A stretch of 20,000 nucleotides of DNA, from IMG/VR virus record IMGVR_UViG_2657245486_000004, positions 54,277 through 74,276 of that record. One strand, given 5' to 3'. Position 1 is the stretch's first letter, and the number at the start of each line of letters is the position of its first letter. The stretch is from an uncultured virus (IMG/VR IMGVR_UViG_2657245486_000004) (lineage: Duplodnaviria > Heunggongvirae > Uroviricota > Caudoviricetes). Made by a program: the position numbers and the translations under genes. The notes beneath the pieces are model-generated. The model had not been told where the DNA came from and did no database searches. It saw nothing but the letters and a program-made list of their open reading frames with translations. Of the stretch, positions 16,525 through 20,000 are shown in pieces.

Positions 16525-17921
16525 AAATTAGTATTCCAGTCAATCATAATTTTTACGAAGAAGCCCCAATTTCAAACTTAGGTAAAGCTTTCGGAGTAAA
16601 ACAGTCAAGCGTAAAAAACTTGCAAGAAATATTTTCGTCTGTTTATGAATTAAAACTTGGTGCAGAACAACTAAAACAGATCAAAGTATTTCATTTCAAA
16701 AACAAACGTATTTTTGAGCAAGATGAAGAACGTTTAATTTTAAAATTATATTCAAAAGAAAAAGAAAAAGAAAAAAAATACTTTATTCAAACTGGTGTAT
16801 ATGCTGGAGTGCTTTTTTACAAAGGTTGTAAAATTAATATTACAACAAAATATGGCGACACTTTTCTAAAACGTATGCTTAACTTCGTAAATGATATTTA
16901 CGTTGACAATGAGCCAATACAAGCAAAGACAGATGAAACCGAAAATCAGTTCTTGTTTATTATTGCTCATTTATTTATTCAGTCATTAGAAAAAGCGGTG
17001 GTTTTAGGTTTGCCACAACAATACCAAAAACAGCAAGAGCGAAGTCAAAAAGTAAGAGGAAGTATAAATTTTAATGATTACTTAAAAAGAGATATTCCAT
17101 TTCAAGGAAAACTAACAACAACTTTCAGGGAACGAATGTATATTCAAGAAATCATTGATGTTTTATATTTGGCATTAAAGAAATTAGAAAGTGTTTTCGG
17201 CAAAGAAATTCACAGCCGTTTGCTTGGTTTAAGTCAATTTTTAAAACAACAATATTCTGGTCGTTTTGCGAGTTACGAAACAATACAAAGAGCCAAAACA
17301 TACCAAACTATAAACAATCCAATGTATCGTGGTTTCAAAAAAGTTTTGGAGTATGCAGAAATAATTTTATTGAACAAAGACCTAATACCTGATAATGATA
17401 AGAAAAGTTTAGAGACAATAGGTTATTTGTTTGATATTGCAGAATTATATGAAATTTATCTTGAAAAACTTTTGAGTAGAAACTTTCCTGAATGGTCGGT
17501 AAGTGGACAAGTTGATATTCCAATTTACAAACAGCAATTTTATCGTAGATCAATATTTCCAGACTTAATAATGAAACATAAGGAAACAGGCAAAATTATT
17601 GTTTTTGACGCAAAATTTAAGAAAATGGAAATGCAAAATAATGACATTGATAGGTCAGATTTACACCAAATACATTCTTACTCGGGTTATTACCAAAATA
17701 ACTTAATAGCAAGTGGTTTGATCTATCCATTATCAAAACAATTAGACGTTGAGAAGTCTTACTCTGAGACTTTATACGGTAACAATAATAATGATGTGTT
17801 ATTTATAATAGATGGAATTTATGTTCATGAGACCCAAACAATGGATGATCTAATTGAAAGTGAAGATATATTTGTAAAACGAATAGCAGATTTGATAGGC
17901 AAAAAAGACATAACTATTTAA
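16521..17921 (+). CDS. mcrC: McrC-family PD-(D/E)XK nuclease
   Basis: FDIAELYEIY, FPDLIM...VFDAKFK and DLHQIHSY; ATGA overlap with mcrB. Confidence 0.9.
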   Translation: MKISIPVNHNFYEEAPISNLGKAFGVKQSSVKNLQEIFSSVYELKLGAEQLKQIKVFHFKNKRIFEQDEERLILKLYSKEKEKEKKYFIQTGVYAGVLFYKGCKINITTKYGDTFLKRMLNFVNDIYVDNEPIQAKTDETENQFLFIIAHLFIQSLEKAVVLGLPQQYQKQQERSQKVRGSINFNDYLKRDIPFQGKLTTTFRERMYIQEIIDVLYLALKKLESVFGKEIHSRLLGLSQFLKQQYSGRFASYETIQRAKTYQTINNPMYRGFKKVLEYAEIILLNKDLIPDNDKKSLETIGYLFDIAELYEIYLEKLLSRNFPEWSVSGQVDIPIYKQQFYRRSIFPDLIMKHKETGKIIVFDAKFKKMEMQNNDIDRSDLHQIHSYSGYYQNNLIASGLIYPLSKQLDVEKSYSETLYGNNNNDVLFIIDGIYVHETQTMDDLIESEDIFVKRIADLIGKKDITI

Positions 17922-18120
17922 CAAAAGTAACATCCCTATTTCTTTCTTGAAGAGCGTATTTAGAAACTCGGTAATTTGTAGTTATTATACTGACTGCGGC
18001 ACGCCCTGCATTAATTAAAGCTTCTCTATCGCTATTTATCTGGGAATTTGCACAACCATTCATAAAAAGCATAAACAGAAGAGCACAGATAAATTTAACA
18101 TAAGTTCTGCTTACTAACAT
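17914..18120 (-). CDS. Small lipoprotein, possibly 3'-truncated
   Basis: Signal peptide ending MNG|C; the stop overlaps the mcrC end by 8 nt. Confidence 0.5.
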   Translation of the reverse strand: MLVSRTYVKFICALLFMLFMNGCANSQINSDREALINAGRAAVSIITTNYRVSKYALQERNRDVTFVK

Positions 18121-18197
18121 TGTGTGGATCTCCGAGGAATTCTCTGAGTTGTTTTTATTATTTGAATCAGTTGGGGTAATTTACGTTAACTCACTTT

Positions 18198-18229
18198 AGA
18201 AAAAGCCTTCAACATTCAAGGCCTTTTCT
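18198..18229 (-). terminator. Intrinsic terminator
   Basis: Minus strand AGAAAAGGCCTT-gaatgttg-AAGGCTTTTTCT, just after the 175-aa gene stop. Confidence 0.7.
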
Positions 18230-18232
18230 CGC

Positions 18233-18760
18233 TTAGATTAATTTTTTACATTCAATATCATTTAACGGTGAATCAGTTTTCATAATGATTTTTTCAATTT
18301 TGGGTTGAAGTACCAAAGCCTCTTTTGAAAGTTCTTTAGCTTTAGCTGATATCTCACTTCCGCTTTTTTCTTTAAGTTTTATATATTTTTCAATGTATTT
18401 ATTACTTACACATAATGAATCTAATGCATCAATTGACATCTTACTTTTTTTACCCGAAGCCATTAAATCAAGATCATCATTAAGCTTTAAATTTAAAGAG
18501 TCGTATGTTGTATTGATTGCATACATTAAAAAAGTGGCATAACTTAGTAACTGATCATTAGTTTGAGTTACCTTGTTAGCTTCATTGTATGCTGCTTTAT
18601 ATAAGAATTTTGTGTAATAAAGCTGATTAAACTGGGCATAGAGTGATGCTTCGCTTGCTTGGGTTACATCAGCTTCAGTAATTCCATGTTTTTGAGGGGG
18701 GACTTGGCTACATGCTACCGTTAAAAGAGACAATAAAATAATACAAAGTTTAGATTTCAC
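18233..18760 (-). CDS. Lipoprotein of unknown function
   Basis: GTG start; MKSKLCIILLSLLTVA|C lipobox. Confidence 0.75.
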   Translation of the reverse strand: MKSKLCIILLSLLTVACSQVPPQKHGITEADVTQASEASLYAQFNQLYYTKFLYKAAYNEANKVTQTNDQLLSYATFLMYAINTTYDSLNLKLNDDLDLMASGKKSKMSIDALDSLCVSNKYIEKYIKLKEKSGSEISAKAKELSKEALVLQPKIEKIIMKTDSPLNDIECKKLI

Positions 18761-18829
18761 AATTAATTAACCATTTCTTATTCAGACAGGGAATAACTAG
18801 ATTTAGCTATAACTAATTTATAAAATTAG

Positions 18830-18865
18830 CTATATAAAGCTCCTTTTAATTGGAGCTTTATATAG
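18830..18865. terminator. 14-bp perfect stem-loop between lipoprotein genes (terminator or processing site)
   Basis: CTATATAAAGCTCC-ttttaatt-GGAGCTTTATATAG. Confidence 0.6.
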
Positions 18866-18888
18866 TAATATTTAATTAATATTTTCAA

Positions 18889-19377
18889 CTATTTACAAAC
18901 TTGTTGAAAAGTTGCTAGAGATTTGTCTTTACTATCTCTTAGCTTGATAATTTCATTTCTTGCTTCGTATAGTTGCTTAACACTTTTCTTGGTGTCTTCG
19001 GTGATATGGGCTTTATATCGCTCATCCATATTATTTATATAGTTTTGCATGTAGACGGTCAGCCAACAGACATCGTTGAGATCGGTATAGTCAAACTTAT
19101 TTTTATCTAAGCCAGTTAACCAATTACCATACTCATCATTCAGTAGACTTTGTGCAGTTCTTACTTTTACAAAAGTATTTTTGAAAATAATCTCTTTTAG
19201 AGCTGGTTCTTGTTTTACGTCTTTATTGGCTTCCAAAATCAACTTTCTATTATCAGTAACGTAATTCTTGAAGTCCTTTTGAATAAATGTATCTACATCC
19301 TCTTTTTCAGATGCTTTACATCCATTGAAGCCAACCAAAAGAAGCGGTGCTAAAAATATTAATATCGTTTTCTTCAT
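18889..19377 (-). CDS. Lipoprotein of unknown function
   Basis: MKKTILIFLAPLLLVGFNG|C lipobox. Confidence 0.75.
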   Translation of the reverse strand: MKKTILIFLAPLLLVGFNGCKASEKEDVDTFIQKDFKNYVTDNRKLILEANKDVKQEPALKEIIFKNTFVKVRTAQSLLNDEYGNWLTGLDKNKFDYTDLNDVCWLTVYMQNYINNMDERYKAHITEDTKKSVKQLYEARNEIIKLRDSKDKSLATFQQVCK

Positions 19378-19391
19378 ATTATTACTCGTGA

Positions 19392-20000
19392 CTAGAAACT
19401 ACTGAGCGGCGGTGTATATTGATATTGTCGTATAAACTGCGATACGGTAGCACTATCATAAGGACGACCAAATACTTTCTTATACATATTTTCATTAATT
19501 AGATATGGTCCATTATTCTCATGGATGGCAATAGCATTCCCCGCTAAAACAGGCTTGTTTGCATTGGAAAGGGCAAGATCAATAACTTCACCAAAGTTTT
19601 TCTTAGCAATTGCCATACGTGCTTTAAAAGAATCTTTAGTAAGTTCTCTAATAAAAGTTGAGCCTTCATTTAAGGAATGCTTTTGAGCATACATCGTAAA
19701 CTTAAGATACATCATTGTATGAAAAGAATATCTTTCTAAAACTGATTCACTAAACTGACGTAAATCATACTCAAGCCCAAAACGAATTGCTAAATCGTGT
19801 TCAAAAGGTATTCTATTTTTAACACCATCCCATTGACCTTGATCCATCATAAAGGTGTAAGGCACTGTAGTGTGATAATTAAGAATTTTAACAATGCTAT
19901 TGCATAATAATGGATCTAATAATTCATCTGCATGACAGACTTTAACTTCATTATCTAAAGATGGAATTAATGTTGGTGAGAAAACTCTATCTTGTGCCAT
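19392..20000 (-). CDS. Hypothetical protein, possibly 5'-partial at the window edge
   Basis: Frame open to the window end; stop lies 14 nt before the next lipoprotein gene. Confidence 0.6.
   Translation of the reverse strand: MAQDRVFSPTLIPSLDNEVKVCHADELLDPLLCNSIVKILNYHTTVPYTFMMDQGQWDGVKNRIPFEHDLAIRFGLEYDLRQFSESVLERYSFHTMMYLKFTMYAQKHSLNEGSTFIRELTKDSFKARMAIAKKNFGEVIDLALSNANKPVLAGNAIAIHENNGPYLINENMYKKVFGRPYDSATVSQFIRQYQYTPPLSSF

Noticed and set aside
16753..16778. AAAAGA microrepeat and A-tract in mcrC as a phase-variation site
   Set aside because: Hexamer units keep the frame, the ORF is intact, and such tracts are common in AT-rich DNA
14975..17553. Minus-strand ORFs 14975..15172, 16335..16547 and 17335..17553
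   Set aside because: Antisense shadows within mcrBC
18093..18120. Possible dif/pdif site (ATTTAACATAA is a perfect XerD arm)
   Set aside because: No credible XerC arm at 6-bp spacing, it lies within an ORF, and an AT-rich 11-mer can occur by chance

Overview
AT-rich window, most likely from an Acinetobacter chromosome (inferred from an IS903-group IS end, a UmuDAb-type operator and the tmRNA 3' sequence). Bases 1-13967 look like the right end of a prophage or phage-like element integrated in tmRNA (ssrA). It carries the tail of a probable DdrB-like protein, a 1276-aa DarB-like SF2 helicase/N6-adenine methyltransferase fusion, an inverted PD-(D/E)XK-like moron, three putative tail/baseplate genes, a lysis cassette (holin, holin-like::TIGR02594 endolysin fusion, unannotated 31-aa lipoprotein), an IS5 remnant, a SRAP-umuD-umuC cassette and cargo genes. 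It ends at a duplicated tmRNA 3' end (attR) preceded by an IHF site and arm-like repeats. Beyond attR lie an McrBC-type restriction system and a minus-strand array of lipoprotein genes, two of them apparently diverged paralogues. The strongest unexplained signals are a TGGAAC...ATAG motif 70-72 bp before three phage operon starts, a hairpin at the helicase RBS, the micro-lipoprotein in the spanin position, and twin palindromic operators. All family assignments come from motif recognition by eye; no searches were run.
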